Shown here piece by piece: positions 39,828-49,274 of a DNA stretch of 64,000 bases. Numbering within the stretch: the first letter of the stretch is position 1; the number at the start of each line of letters is the position of its first letter. The stretch spans positions 1,448 to 65,447 of the forward strand of contig JAYVFX010001253.1 in NCBI GenBank assembly GCA_043772795.1, written 5' to 3'. The stretch comes from Deltaproteobacteria bacterium (GTDB lineage: Bacteria > Desulfobacterota > Binatia > Bin18). Under the pieces are notes generated by a model. That model was not told the DNA's origin. It did no database searches and saw only the letters and a list, made by a program, of their open reading frames with translations. Made by a program: the position numbers and the translations under genes.

Positions 39828-40503
39828 GATAACTGGCGACGGCCTTGAACTTCGGGTCGTTAACGGGGCACCGTGGTACACCTTGCAGGGCGAGGGACCA
39901 TTCGCCGGGGATGGTGCGGTCTTTCTACGCCTACATGGGTGCCCGTTGCGGTGTTTCTTCTGTGATACTGAATTCAGCAACCCAGCGGACCCCGTGGTCA
40001 ATGTTGGGGATCTTGCGGACATGATTGAGGCGGCGGCTCCCGGTTGGTGCAAGCTACTCGTCATCACCGGAGGGGAACCTGTGCGGCAGAATCTCGCCCC
40101 GTTGATCAACATTATGATCCGGGACGGGTGGACGGTACAGATTGAAACCTCTGGCATTCTGTGGCAAGATTGTCTTACGGATACAGTCATTATCTGTTCC
40201 CCCAAGACTCCTACAATCCACGAAAAGATTCGTGTCCACGCCCACGGGTTCAAGTACGTGATACAAGCAGGACATGTGGACGATGAAGATGGACTACCAC
40301 TGACCAATACTCAGGATGAGGGTGGGAAGACACATCGGTTAGCCCGTCCAAAGCCGGGGACACTGGTTCCGATATATCTGAGTCCCATGGATGAGTGTGA
40401 TCGAATCGCCAATGAGGCGAACATGGCCGAAGTCGGACGCATTGCCATGAAATACGGGTACCGAGCTGGCGTCCAGCTCCACAAGTTGATGGGGTTGCCG
40501 TGA
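39796..40503 (+). CDS. queE: 7-carboxy-7-deazaguanine synthase QueE (radical SAM)
   Basis: TLQGEG...FLRLHGCPLRCFFCDT (Cx3Cx2C radical-SAM cluster in QueE context). Confidence 0.75.
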   Translation: MFGQNPVAKNEITGDGLELRVVNGAPWYTLQGEGPFAGDGAVFLRLHGCPLRCFFCDTEFSNPADPVVNVGDLADMIEAAAPGWCKLLVITGGEPVRQNLAPLINIMIRDGWTVQIETSGILWQDCLTDTVIICSPKTPTIHEKIRVHAHGFKYVIQAGHVDDEDGLPLTNTQDEGGKTHRLARPKPGTLVPIYLSPMDECDRIANEANMAEVGRIAMKYGYRAGVQLHKLMGLP

Positions 40504-40859
40504 GATTCCATACCGTTCAACTGCCCGCTGTTCTAACAGTGGAAGATATAACTGTGTTGCGTCACTACGTGACGTTGGACGACGGAACAGTTCATTTTCA
40601 AGAGGAAGAACTTCAACGGAACGGCAATGAAATTGAATCCCGTCGCACGGAGTGGCAACAGGTCAATACTCCACACGCGGAGCCTCCAGTCATAGGCCTG
40701 ATCGATTTCTGTGGTAGACCAATGGCCATTCGTGCAGACGGCCAAGCCTACATCTGGGGTCAGGTAGAAGTAGACCTCCCCGATGCAGGTAAGGCGCTAG
40801 TGGATATGTGGGCACCGTTCCTCCAGAAGGTGCCGATCGGTGGGCAAGACAATGGTTGA
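40500..40859 (+). CDS. hypothetical protein
   Basis: 119 aa. Confidence 0.25.
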   Translation: MRFHTVQLPAVLTVEDITVLRHYVTLDDGTVHFQEEELQRNGNEIESRRTEWQQVNTPHAEPPVIGLIDFCGRPMAIRADGQAYIWGQVEVDLPDAGKALVDMWAPFLQKVPIGGQDNG

Positions 40860-41601
40860 AGAAGTCCTCGACCACGGCCTTGCGCGCCTTGTAGATCACA
40901 TGGGCAGTGATCTATCCATCGTCCGTGCAGCTCGGGTCAGTTACGATGCGGCATGGCGCGCCGGGGAGGATGAGGACAAGGACAAGAAGCTGATGCGCCG
41001 GCTCTGGTCAGGTAAAAGCAGCTCCGCCACGTCGCTCCCGGAGCTGCCGAAACATTCAACCCCGTTTGAGTCTGTGACACTCACATTTGAGATCACGGCG
41101 CCGATCTTCGTGTTTCGTCAGTGGCACCGCCATAGGACTCAGTCGTACAATGAGCTATCCGCGAGATATAGGGAACTGCCAGAGATGTTCTACTTACCAC
41201 AGACTGCACAGATTGGCATCCAATCCACGTCCAGTAAACAGGGTCGGGAAGAGGGGGCGTATGCTGTCACCAGAGAACAAGAGCTGGAACTTGTGGATTC
41301 TCACTGTAAAGGCTCCTTTCGTCTTTATCACGCATTGCTCCTTTCTGGCTGGCCCAAGGAACTGGCTCGTATCGTGCTTCCCTTTGGCACGTATAGCCAT
41401 ATGTTCACGACCATGAATCTCCTGAACTTCTTCAAGTTCGCAAGTCTCCGGTGTGATCCTCATGCGCAGTATGAGATTCGGGTCTATGCTGAAGCTATGG
41501 TACGGATGGTAGAGGTAATCGCTCCCATTGCCACATCATTATTTCGGGAAGCTAACGCTATTCCGATGAAGATGTATCTCGATGGCACGAAAGCGCCGTA
41601 G
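40840..41601 (+). CDS. thyX: flavin-dependent thymidylate synthase ThyX
   Basis: ThyX signature RQWHRHRTQSYNELSARY (RHRxxxxxxxS). Confidence 0.75.
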   Translation: MGKTMVEEVLDHGLARLVDHMGSDLSIVRAARVSYDAAWRAGEDEDKDKKLMRRLWSGKSSSATSLPELPKHSTPFESVTLTFEITAPIFVFRQWHRHRTQSYNELSARYRELPEMFYLPQTAQIGIQSTSSKQGREEGAYAVTREQELELVDSHCKGSFRLYHALLLSGWPKELARIVLPFGTYSHMFTTMNLLNFFKFASLRCDPHAQYEIRVYAEAMVRMVEVIAPIATSLFREANAIPMKMYLDGTKAP

Positions 41602-41687
41602 GAGTTCTTTCCTGAAGGCCCAGGTTGGTGCCGCTAAGAAGCGGAAGCGCACACCATGCAAGAAGTGTCGTCTAGACAGATATCTAG

Positions 41688-42371
41688 ATGAAAACGGACT
41701 CTGCCTCGTTTCCTGCAGCCCAAAGAAAGATGAAGATCGGAACTAAGTCGGTCCTGTTTGGCGCCCACTTCTTCCTGACCCACTGGTTCTTTGTGGCGTG
41801 GGGCTGGTATCTGCTTTATGGGCAGGGTGGTGTTCGCATCGGCACTATCCGGAAAGAGGATGATGAGGGGGTAGCTGTCAATTATCAAGTCTATATCTCT
41901 CTTCGCGACCCTCGACTGTGGATTGCGTTCTTCATTCACGACCTTGGGTATTGGGGCAAGCCAAACATGGATGGGCCAGAAGGGGAAACTCACCCTGAAT
42001 GGGCCTGCCGTGTGATGAATGAATGGTTTGGGGCTCCGTGGGGTGCGTTCGTTCTTGATCATTCACGGTTCTACGCTAAAAAGGGTAACCGTCCTGTTTC
42101 CCCCTTGTGTTACGCCGATAAGCTTGGCATAACTTTGGAACCCGCTTGGTTCTATTTGCCTCGGGTGCGGCTGACAGGGGAGATTCAAGAGTACATGAAA
42201 ATGGCCGCTGTTAATAGTCAGGGTCAGGTTACGGCAGAATCGGAGGAAGCATGGTACCGGAACGTGCAGGCATACGTCAAGAAATGGGTGGACGAGCACA
42301 AGGACGGGAAAGAGGACAGTTGGACACCCACCAATCGAGAGCCGGGGGATACGGTGGGAGTCTGGAAGTGA
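41688..42371 (+). CDS. hypothetical protein (possible HD-motif hydrolase)
   Basis: FIHDLGYWGK motif; hydrophobic N-terminus. Confidence 0.25.
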   Translation: MKTDSASFPAAQRKMKIGTKSVLFGAHFFLTHWFFVAWGWYLLYGQGGVRIGTIRKEDDEGVAVNYQVYISLRDPRLWIAFFIHDLGYWGKPNMDGPEGETHPEWACRVMNEWFGAPWGAFVLDHSRFYAKKGNRPVSPLCYADKLGITLEPAWFYLPRVRLTGEIQEYMKMAAVNSQGQVTAESEEAWYRNVQAYVKKWVDEHKDGKEDSWTPTNREPGDTVGVWK

Positions 42372-42492
42372 ATTATTGTCTGATCTATCTCGCCGGCACA
42401 GTTCAGGTGGTGGCGTGTGTCCGGAAGTGTGTAGCCCGCCAGAAATACCATCATGACGCACGGTACACAGTGGTGAATCTCAAAGTTCCGCG

Positions 42493-42795
42493 GTGAAACA
42501 GGTACCACGAGAAATCATTAGTGGTCGCCTATGGCCCATGACCGTTTCTGGTCATGGTCTTGTAGTCCCAATAACAGACCAAGAAGCCCTCGGATTCCAG
42601 CCGGGTGAAGTTGTCCTAGTAATGAGTCCGACCGGACTCAAACCTATGACGGTCACGGAGCAGCGGTTTGGTGTCACCGAGGACAGTGAAAGAATGCCCT
42701 TTGAAGTCCCGGTCTTAGATGGGCAAATCTATAACGGACCCGTAATGGCTTGGGCCATCCCGGATTGTTACCAAGTTGAGATCATACAGCTGTGA
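42493..42795 (+). CDS. hypothetical protein
   Basis: 100 aa. Confidence 0.25.
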   Translation: MKQVPREIISGRLWPMTVSGHGLVVPITDQEALGFQPGEVVLVMSPTGLKPMTVTEQRFGVTEDSERMPFEVPVLDGQIYNGPVMAWAIPDCYQVEIIQL

Positions 42796-44732
42796 TAGGT
42801 AAGTTCGGCGACGAGGATGGACTTTTGTGGTTACCTCCCCCTGCGGCAGTGCGCATTCGTGGCGCCACGGGGGTGCGGCAGCCCCGTATACACGTTCCAA
42901 GGGGTCCACTCCCGGAGTCCGATTGGGCTGCCCACTTAGATTTTCCTAGGCTGCATGGGCTAGTAGCTCTTGACTTTGAAACCCACGACCCTGATCTAGA
43001 CAATGTCGGCTCCAACTGGTGTCGTCCCGGAATTGGTGATGTTGCGGGAGTGGCAATTGCGTGGGCGGATGGAGAAAGATATTACCCCGTGGGCCATAAG
43101 AACGGCTATAATCTTGATAGAGAAACCGTATACCGCTATATCCGGTCATTGGCGGAGGATTCCACTGTCCAGTTTATATGCCATAACCTTCCGTATGATC
43201 TGGGATGGCTCTGGGGGCGTTTGGGTATTAAGCCACGCAATATACCGTACGACACTCAGTCTGCGGTGGCGCTCCTAGATGAGTTTCGTGCTCGGCATGG
43301 AGACGGGTATAATCTCAACGCAGTGGGCAGGGACTACTGCAATGTCTTAAAAGACGAAACGCTCCTGATTCAAGCAGCGGCCTACTTTGGTCTGGACCAC
43401 AAGAAGGATCTTTGGATTCTCGACCCAAAGTATGTCGGTCCGTATGGTGAGGGGGATGCAGGACTAACGCTTCAGGTCTGGAATGTAGTGGAGCCCATGC
43501 TTCGGGCTCAGAATCTCTGGAACCTGTTCCTGTTGGAAATGCGGTACTGCATGGTCATTACCGCGATGCGCATGGTTGGTGTGCGTGTTGATACTGACCG
43601 AGCAGTGCAGTATCGGGACGAACTAAAGGCACGAGCAGCAATTGACGCGGTGGAGCTTAAGAGACTTGTCGGCTTTGAAGTGCCTGTTCTGGAAAAGCCG
43701 ATGGTGGAAAAAGCACTCAAGGCAAGAGGTATTGACTGTCCTAAAACGGGGACAGGTCGTTTGTCAATTACCTCCCCTTGGCTAAAGACGCTCGACGATC
43801 CGGTCGCCAAACTTATCGTCAACATCCGGCGCTTAGATAAGGTCCGGGGTACCTTTATCGAGGGTTTCTTCCTTGAGCTTGCCACTAACGGCCGGGTATA
43901 CCCTCAGATCAATCCGCTTCCTACCGATGAAGCGGGGACAATCTCCGGTAGATCGTCTTGTACAAATCCAAATCTACAGCAACTCAGTGCGAAAGATCCG
44001 GAGCTGGCGAGAGATGTTAGAGGCTGTTGCCTCCCAGAAGAAGGGGCAGAGTGGGCGGCCCTTGACTATTCCCAGCAGGAACCAAGACTTGCCGTGCATT
44101 TCGCTTACCTTGCCGGTGTCCGGGGCGCGGCGACTGTGGTTCAGCAGTATCGTCGCAATCCAAGAACGGACTTTCATAACATGGTCAACGATTTGGCCGG
44201 GGACATTGGCAGAGGGCGTGCGAAGATCCTCAACCTCGCGCTGATTTTTGGTAAGGGCGAAGCCGCTACGTGCAAGGAACTAGGGTTCGATACTGAATGG
44301 GTTCAAACACGTTACGGTAGGCGTGAAGTAGCAGGTCCAGAGGGCAAAGAGTTTATTGAGAACTACCATAAGCTCGTGCCCTTTGTCAGTGGCCTAAAAG
44401 AAGCCTGTAAAAAGGCCGTCAAGCTTCGCGGCGTTATCCGTACCCTACTGGGCCGAATCTGCCGGTTTGGAGATGGTCGTAACAGTGACCATAAGGCCGT
44501 AAACTCGCTAGTTCAGGGCAGTGCCGCAGACCAGCTTAAAAAAGCCAATGTCGATATTTATGAGCAAACCGGGGTGATCCCTTTGGTCAATGTTCACGAT
44601 GAAATAGGCATCAATAAGTGGTCGGATAAACAGATTGATACGTGCGTAGAAATCATGGTAAATACGACACCACTCGAGGTTCCGGTTGTTGTGGACGTTG
44701 CCACTGGGCCTAATTGGGGAGAGGCACTGTAA
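42792..44732 (+). CDS. polA: family-A DNA polymerase with 3'-5' exonuclease domain
   Basis: Exo I LDFETHD, Exo II HNLPYDLGWL, pol motif A DYSQQEPRLAVHFAYL, motif B RGRAKILNLALIFGKG, motif C VHDEI. Confidence 0.8.
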   Translation: MIGKFGDEDGLLWLPPPAAVRIRGATGVRQPRIHVPRGPLPESDWAAHLDFPRLHGLVALDFETHDPDLDNVGSNWCRPGIGDVAGVAIAWADGERYYPVGHKNGYNLDRETVYRYIRSLAEDSTVQFICHNLPYDLGWLWGRLGIKPRNIPYDTQSAVALLDEFRARHGDGYNLNAVGRDYCNVLKDETLLIQAAAYFGLDHKKDLWILDPKYVGPYGEGDAGLTLQVWNVVEPMLRAQNLWNLFLLEMRYCMVITAMRMVGVRVDTDRAVQYRDELKARAAIDAVELKRLVGFEVPVLEKPMVEKALKARGIDCPKTGTGRLSITSPWLKTLDDPVAKLIVNIRRLDKVRGTFIEGFFLELATNGRVYPQINPLPTDEAGTISGRSSCTNPNLQQLSAKDPELARDVRGCCLPEEGAEWAALDYSQQEPRLAVHFAYLAGVRGAATVVQQYRRNPRTDFHNMVNDLAGDIGRGRAKILNLALIFGKGEAATCKELGFDTEWVQTRYGRREVAGPEGKEFIENYHKLVPFVSGLKEACKKAVKLRGVIRTLLGRICRFGDGRNSDHKAVNSLVQGSAADQLKKANVDIYEQTGVIPLVNVHDEIGINKWSDKQIDTCVEIMVNTTPLEVPVVVDVATGPNWGEAL

Positions 44733-44753
44733 TCACTATTTAACAAGGTCACT

Positions 44754-44966
44754 ATGAGTAGAACCATTGACGTAGAAGAACTCGAACGGCTATCCGAAAC
44801 ATTTCATGCCTTTACTGGCATGATTGCCCCAACATCCGACGGGTATATTCTTGGCGAGTCCGATGAGGACTATGAAGCGCGCCGGGAACGATGGCTGGCT
44901 TTTTGCTCTGCTGCCCGACGCCCCTCTGCACCGGCACCCAAACCACCGCAAGGGTTATTCGAATGA
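44754..44966 (+). CDS. hypothetical protein
   Basis: 70 aa. Confidence 0.2.
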   Translation: MSRTIDVEELERLSETFHAFTGMIAPTSDGYILGESDEDYEARRERWLAFCSAARRPSAPAPKPPQGLFE

Positions 44967-45059
44967 TTGCGGACACTCCCCACCCCTCGCCGTCACTGAC
45001 CGGCACCTATAGGCTCGCGCCCGCCCTTCACGCCTCCCCACTCCGAGCGGAGAAATAGT

Positions 45060-45488
45060 GTGAGGGAATCAACCCTCTGGAAGTGGATTGAAGCCAACCG
45101 TCCAGCATGGCTTGCTATCGAACGGTTTGAGCCAAGACATCCGCCCGGGATGGCTGATTGTTTCTGGACTGACCGTCGTTCCCACATTAGCGGTTGGTTG
45201 GAACTGAAGCAGTGTAGTGCTGGGGATCGAGAATACAAAGTCGGTCGGATCCCGAAGCTCGGTACCGAACAACCCATGTTCCTCCGGAGACAGGCGGAGA
45301 ATGGAGCACCATCCGGTCTGTTGCTTCGTATCGAGGATGTTGGATTCCTGCTCTGGGTATCTGATGGTACCCGCGAGTGGCCTAATATGATGCGGAGCAC
45401 CGAGGCAATTGGTTCTCAAACGGTCGCGTTTGGACTGAATGGCGAACGTGTCACTCTGGAAGAAATAATGACATACTTACTACCCTAG
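45060..45488 (+). CDS. hypothetical protein (possible VRR-NUC / PD-(D/E)xK nuclease)
   Basis: DCFWTD ... WLELKQ pattern compatible with a D...ExK motif. Confidence 0.25.
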   Translation: MRESTLWKWIEANRPAWLAIERFEPRHPPGMADCFWTDRRSHISGWLELKQCSAGDREYKVGRIPKLGTEQPMFLRRQAENGAPSGLLLRIEDVGFLLWVSDGTREWPNMMRSTEAIGSQTVAFGLNGERVTLEEIMTYLLP

Positions 45489-45561
45489 AAGTTGTGATAA
45501 CACGTACCGTACCCTACATTGGTAGTACAGAACCACCCTACGAAGGAAACACCCACATCTA

Positions 45562-46023
45562 ATGACAACGGCGGTAACTGAAAGACCGGCTGTGGTTTAT
45601 CTGATTGCCCAACCTTCCATCAGCCGGAAGAAAAAGCCAGTAAACATCACCCCGCTCTATGAACACGGCGAGGTGCGTCTTGTCCTGCCACAGGGCGATT
45701 CTCCAACCTTTACGCCCAAAAAGTGTTTTGATCTGATGTGCGATCGACTGTTCCCAGAAGAGGGGCAACAGTACGATCCTGACATCGATTACCTTGTCTG
45801 GGCAGGTGGTGATACCCTAGCGGCCCTTATGGCTGGCATGCTCTTGGCTGAGTATGAAATCTGGCATTTCAAGTGGCTGCGGTATGAACGCGCCCGGTTA
45901 TCAAATGGCGACCGAGTTGACGAAGGCGCTACCTACGTGCCTATCACAATAGACCTGTCGGACCCACAATTAGGCTTCGAGCTGGCCGAAGCAGGAGGAG
46001 ATGAAGCAAGTGACGATGATTGA
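45562..46023 (+). CDS. hypothetical protein
   Basis: 153 aa, acidic C-terminus. Confidence 0.25.
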   Translation: MTTAVTERPAVVYLIAQPSISRKKKPVNITPLYEHGEVRLVLPQGDSPTFTPKKCFDLMCDRLFPEEGQQYDPDIDYLVWAGGDTLAALMAGMLLAEYEIWHFKWLRYERARLSNGDRVDEGATYVPITIDLSDPQLGFELAEAGGDEASDDD

Positions 46024-46621
46024 CCTTCTCAGCGATTCCCCGGATAACCAACCTGTAGTTCCTGACAGCCCGGCACTCAAGAGTGTCAGTAAGCTGGCGG
46101 AGGAATACGGTCTACTTCAGGCGGACATTGCCACCCTGAAGGAGCGTATTGCGATCCGGGAAGCACGACTCAACCAGATCATAAAAGAGGCCATGCCAGC
46201 CGCCATGGAACAGGCGGGAGTATCCTCTTTTATCGCCAGCAATGGTCGTTCCATCAAGATCGATGAGATCGTGAACGGGAACATCCCGGCAGAGACTACG
46301 ATCGCGAAGGAAAGAGATCCTGATAAGAAGGCCGCACTAACCGCCCGTCGTATTGAGGCACTTGGGATCGTGCGTAGTAAATGGCCCGGTCTAATCAAGA
46401 CCGACCTGTCCCTGTCGTTGGGAAAGGGTGAGACGGAGCAGGCACTCCGCATCGCTGAACTGATTCGCACCCAGTTTAAGCTCAACCCGACCATCGACGA
46501 AACCATCCACCCGGCATCCTTGAATTCACACTTCAAGGAACTCAAGGAAAACGGGAAACTTGGAGACATTCCCGTCGAACCTTTTGCCCTGTACGTCGGC
46601 CCAATTGCGAAGATCAAATAA
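46001..46621 (+). CDS. hypothetical protein
   Basis: 206 aa. Confidence 0.25.
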   Translation: MKQVTMIDLLSDSPDNQPVVPDSPALKSVSKLAEEYGLLQADIATLKERIAIREARLNQIIKEAMPAAMEQAGVSSFIASNGRSIKIDEIVNGNIPAETTIAKERDPDKKAALTARRIEALGIVRSKWPGLIKTDLSLSLGKGETEQALRIAELIRTQFKLNPTIDETIHPASLNSHFKELKENGKLGDIPVEPFALYVGPIAKIK

Positions 46622-46635
46622 CATCGGAGACCAGA

Positions 46636-47658
46636 ATGCCGAAGGACAAGAAAGACGTACCAGCAGTGGAAACACCGGAACAAGATTCCACCACCGTAGG
46701 TGAGACCGAGATCGCCCAGTTTGCTATCGCCCCGCGCAGTGCTGGTGCGGTAGCAACGCTTGAAGACATCCAGACCCTGATGGTTCAGGATGCCGAAGAG
46801 GATCTCGGGTTCGGTAAGGATGACGTAGCAATTCCGTTTCTGCGGATTCTCCAGACGAACTCGCCACAGGTGAATCGCAAGAATGGCAAGTATGTCGAGG
46901 ATGCGGAGTCTGGGCAATTCTTCAACTCCGCCACGCAGAAGACCTTCTCGGGGGATGCCGGACTGTTTACGGTTCCGGTTCACTTCGAGCGGCAGGCAAC
47001 GCTGTGGTTGCCTCGCGGTGAGGGTGGTAGCGGAGGTGGGTTTGTTGCCCAGATCCCGCTCGCGGTCGCGGAAGAGCTTCTCAAGCACACGACCAAGTCC
47101 CCGAAGGGCAAAGACCAGACTCCGCCACTATCGGAGACTCAGGTCAAGAGCATGGACCCGAACAACACCCGTCCGATCATCGGTCTGGAGACGCCGAAGG
47201 TCTGTGAGGTGGTGATTTCGGCGATGTACTACATGCTCATAGTCGACAAGAATGATCCGGGTTGGAACGAGCCGGTAGCGTTTCCGCTCACGTCTACGCA
47301 GATGAAGAAGTCTCGGACGTGGAACGCCCTGATCAAGAATGCTCGGCTTCCGAACCCCAGTGGGGTCGGGTCGTATCGTCCGGCCATGTTCGCGTACTGC
47401 TACAAGCTCACCACAGTCCCTGAACAGAATGCGCAGGGAGAGTGGATGGGCGTTCGGATTCTTCAGGACCAACCCCTGATCAAGTACCAGAACGGTACGC
47501 CGACGGAACAGTTCCCCGGCGCCGCGTCCCTGTACCTCGCGGCTCGCGAGTTCAAGGAACTGGTCGCGCAGGGCAAGGTCCGGACCATCCCTGATGACGA
47601 TGCTGTCATTGATGATGGTGGTGGTCAGGGGGACGACGATACGCCGCCTCCGTTCTGA
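46636..47658 (+). CDS. ssDNA-binding / annealing protein with SSB-like acidic C-terminal tail (putative)
   Basis: C-terminus ...DDGGGQGDDDTPPPF resembles the SSB DDDIPF / T7 gp2.5 acidic tail ending in Phe; Gly-rich linker. Confidence 0.4.
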   Translation: MPKDKKDVPAVETPEQDSTTVGETEIAQFAIAPRSAGAVATLEDIQTLMVQDAEEDLGFGKDDVAIPFLRILQTNSPQVNRKNGKYVEDAESGQFFNSATQKTFSGDAGLFTVPVHFERQATLWLPRGEGGSGGGFVAQIPLAVAEELLKHTTKSPKGKDQTPPLSETQVKSMDPNNTRPIIGLETPKVCEVVISAMYYMLIVDKNDPGWNEPVAFPLTSTQMKKSRTWNALIKNARLPNPSGVGSYRPAMFAYCYKLTTVPEQNAQGEWMGVRILQDQPLIKYQNGTPTEQFPGAASLYLAAREFKELVAQGKVRTIPDDDAVIDDGGGQGDDDTPPPF

Positions 47659-47729
47659 TCGACCCGGCTTTAAGCCAGCAGAGGCCGGGGAGGTTGACCG
47701 GCCTCTGTTGTCTCCTCCTTTAACATCCA

Positions 47730-49274
47730 ATGGATTTAAGCCCGAATGATGTTAAGCGGTTTGCTGCTCTATTCTCAGGCTACCAAAAAGCCTACGGCAC
47801 GTACCAGATTAGAAATCTGGCTGCCGACGGTAAGGCCATTGGCAAGGCTCAGACGCTTAGGGGCGAACCAACCGAATCGATTTATCGTGCGCATCTTGAA
47901 GGTGCCGGTTCTGGTCTTGGCATTATCATGCTGCGTGAGGACAATACGGTTTACTTCGGGGCCATTGACTATGACGTAAAGACAATGGACCACGTAAAGG
48001 CCGAGGCTAAAATTCGTGCCTTAGAGCTGCCCCTTATACTATGCCGCTCTAAGAGTGGTGGGGGACATTTCTATTGTTTCACGAAAGAGCCGGTAGCTGC
48101 CGGAGACATGCGGGATCGTCTCAGTGAGTGGACTGCCTTGCTTGGCATGTCGGACTCAACCGAGGTTTTTCCGAAGCAAACCACACGAGTGAATGAAAAC
48201 GATATCGGTAACTGGATCAACATTCCATATTTCGAATGGGAACAGACTAACCGATACGCTATACACAACGGCAAGATCCAGACATTACTACAATTCCTCG
48301 ACGTTGCTGAGGGGAAGCTGCAAACAGGCATTAGCCTAGACGCAGCGGCTGTGGACCCCAATACTAAGCTCTTCGAGGAAGGACCACCCTGTCTCCAAAC
48401 ACTGGAGTCACAGGGCGGATTCGTGGTGGGCACAAAAAAGGAAGGCATGTTCAATGTAGCCGTCTACCTTCGTAAACGGTTCCCGGACGATTGGCATCGG
48501 AGGGTGGATGCGTATAACAACGCGATGGCTCAGTTACAGTCTGATGAGGTGCAGGGAATTATCAAGCAGGTTAACAAGAAGGCATATAGCTACAAGTGTA
48601 AGCAGGCGCCGATCAATTCTGTTTGCAATAGAAGACTTTGCCGGACACGAATGTATGGTGTTGGTGCGACGGATGACATCGAGAGCCGGGGTTACGCTAT
48701 TGGTGCGCTCACGCGATATGAGTCCAGCAACGGCGATGAACCGCTCTTTGCCATGGAAGTTAATGGACGGCGTGTACTGGTTACCACGCCGCAGCTTTAT
48801 TCCCGGGATGAATTCAACCGTGCCTGTATAAGTCAGGCTAACGTGATTGCCGTCCACATGACCCCGCAGCGATGGCTTACGTTCTTGAACCAGCTTCTGC
48901 CAACTGCAGATATCGTCCCCCTTCCGGAGGACGCCAGCCCACTTGGTCAGCTATGGCAACACATCCAAATGTTCCTGACCGAAGGTGTAGTGGCAACTGA
49001 ACGGGAAAAGATTCTCATGGGTGTGCCTTATCGAGAAGGTACCCAAATCTACTTCCGTTCTACGGACCTATTTAGCTACCTGAACGGGCGCCGTATCCCG
49101 TATAAGTCGCCCCAGCAGGTATGGGAACTTCTTCGCCAGCGTGGAGGGGAGAAGGACGGATGGAGTATCAAGGGTAGCTTCGTCAACGTCTGGAAAATGC
49201 CTGCGCCGGTAAAGACTGAAGAAGTCGTAGAAACCGGCAATGGCACCCATCCCGAAGAGAAAGAGGCCTTTTGA
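47730..49274 (+). CDS. primase-polymerase (AEP / PrimPol-type)
   Basis: PrimPol motifs GAIDYDV and SKSGGGHFYCF. Confidence 0.6.
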   Translation: MDLSPNDVKRFAALFSGYQKAYGTYQIRNLAADGKAIGKAQTLRGEPTESIYRAHLEGAGSGLGIIMLREDNTVYFGAIDYDVKTMDHVKAEAKIRALELPLILCRSKSGGGHFYCFTKEPVAAGDMRDRLSEWTALLGMSDSTEVFPKQTTRVNENDIGNWINIPYFEWEQTNRYAIHNGKIQTLLQFLDVAEGKLQTGISLDAAAVDPNTKLFEEGPPCLQTLESQGGFVVGTKKEGMFNVAVYLRKRFPDDWHRRVDAYNNAMAQLQSDEVQGIIKQVNKKAYSYKCKQAPINSVCNRRLCRTRMYGVGATDDIESRGYAIGALTRYESSNGDEPLFAMEVNGRRVLVTTPQLYSRDEFNRACISQANVIAVHMTPQRWLTFLNQLLPTADIVPLPEDASPLGQLWQHIQMFLTEGVVATEREKILMGVPYREGTQIYFRSTDLFSYLNGRRIPYKSPQQVWELLRQRGGEKDGWSIKGSFVNVWKMPAPVKTEEVVETGNGTHPEEKEAF

